Below are positions 26,118 to 26,898 of a stretch of 26,898 nucleotides of DNA, in pieces (position 1 is the first letter of the stretch; the number at the start of each line of letters is the position of its first letter). Origin of the DNA: Candidatus Asgardarchaeum abyssi (GTDB lineage: Archaea > Asgardarchaeota > Asgardarchaeia > Asgardarchaeales > Asgardarchaeaceae); the NCBI GenBank assembly GCA_040225955.1, contig JBECUL010000029.1, positions 1 to 26,898 on the forward strand, given 5' to 3'. A program made the translations under genes and the position numbers. The notes under the pieces are model-generated. The model was not told where the DNA came from and searched no databases. It saw nothing but the letters and a program-made list of their open reading frames with translations.

Positions 26118-26717
26118 ATGATCCGGCCTTACGATAAGTATAGTGAGGTGTATGATTTCCTATTTGAAGATGAGATTGATTATGATAAGGATATTGTTTT
26201 TGTTAAAGAAATTATTGATTCTCGAAACTATAAGGAACCAGTGACAATTCTGGACTTAGGATGTGGAACGGGTACTCATGCTATTAAATTTGCAAAAGCC
26301 GGTTTTAATGTGATAGGAATAGATATTAGTGAGAGTATGATAAAGAGAGCTGTTAAAAAAGCTAAAAATGAAAATGTAAATATAGAATTTCTTGTGCAGG
26401 ATATGAGGAAAATTAACATACCAAGAGAAATTGATTGTGCAGTAAGCTTTTTTGGCTCTTTCGCATATTTATTAACAGATAATGATTTGAAGGATTTTTT
26501 TAATGGTTTAAACAAATGCCTAAGAAAAGAGGGGCTTCTAATAATAGACCTTGTAAACAGAGAAGGAACCTCAAGAGGACATTTTTTAAAATGGAGATTA
26601 AAAGAAAAAGGCAATAAGATTGTTATTAGACTGAGTGAGTCTGAGTTGGACGAAGCAACAGGATTAATTAGAGGAACTTATCAATTTTTCGTAATAGATG
26701 CTTTGTTGAACAAATAA
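26118..26717 (+). pseudogene. Class I SAM-dependent methyltransferase, C-terminally truncated by IS insertion
   Basis: ILDLGCGTGTH, GIDISESMI, QDMR, GLLIID motifs. The last residues ALLNK* are read from the IS terminal repeat starting at 26700. Confidence 0.85.
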
Positions 26718-26898
26718 AGTTTGAGTCTGAGATGACTTCACATTCGAACTCAACTCAGGTTCCCACGAGCCTCACATCAACACCCTTCATATCGATATAA
26801 CAACGTTATAAAATATGAAACGGAATATCACCTCCTTGACCATCTGGTCCCACTTGTGTGCCCGCACCGTCTCACCAAACATCCTCTTCACCGCCGAT
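26700..26898 (-). mobile_element. Right end of an IS5-family (IS903-like) insertion sequence
   Basis: Terminus GCTTTGTTGAACAAAT resembles the IS903 IR GGCTTTGTTGAATAAATC. GC rises. A transposase C-terminus lies on the minus strand. Confidence 0.85.
26787..26897 (-). CDS. IS5-family DDE transposase, partial C-terminus
   Basis: SAVKRMFGETVRAHKWDQMVKEVIFRFIFYNVVISI* matches the IS5-family S..KR.FG..........Q..E......N pattern. Confidence 0.8.
   Translation of the reverse strand, partial: SAVKRMFGETVRAHKWDQMVKEVIFRFIFYNVVISI

Noticed and set aside
5715-26614. Antisense ORFs 5715, 7114, 7942, 8687, 10022, 10233, 13776, 14597, 15233, 16019, 17579, 18210, 20399, 24388, 24901, 25572, 26276
   Set aside because: Shadows of well-supported genes on the opposite strand.

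Overview
AT-rich DNA with archaeal signatures: GGTGA/GAGGTG ribosome-binding sites, TATA-like boxes, archaeal ATPases, MNT-HEPN and CopG/VapB-type genes. The source is probably a thermophilic or anaerobic lineage, possibly Asgard-related given the FG-GAP surface-protein remnant, but the taxonomy is inference only. The window is an accessory, decaying island with a repeat or mobile element at each end. There is a foldback element at 1-166, and an IS5-family (IS903-like) element at 26700-26898 truncates a methyltransferase. Six toxin-antitoxin-type loci are present in various states of decay: AbiEi/AbiEii, two MNT-HEPN pairs, RelE with an unannotated convergent antitoxin-like ORF, and two orphan VapB/RHH antitoxins. 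It also encodes two P-loop ATPases with operator-like upstream repeats, a stand-alone encapsulin-type ferritin, SixA, several membrane or secreted enzymes with non-canonical active sites (M23-like, M24-like) and at least 7 pseudogene remnants. The most striking unannotated feature is a 524-bp non-autonomous element at 6155-6678 with 16-bp TIRs and a perfect 9-bp target-site duplication. Its interior can fold into a long nested rod-like structure that buries the RBS and start codon of a short ORF. No rRNA, tRNA or CRISPR array was seen.
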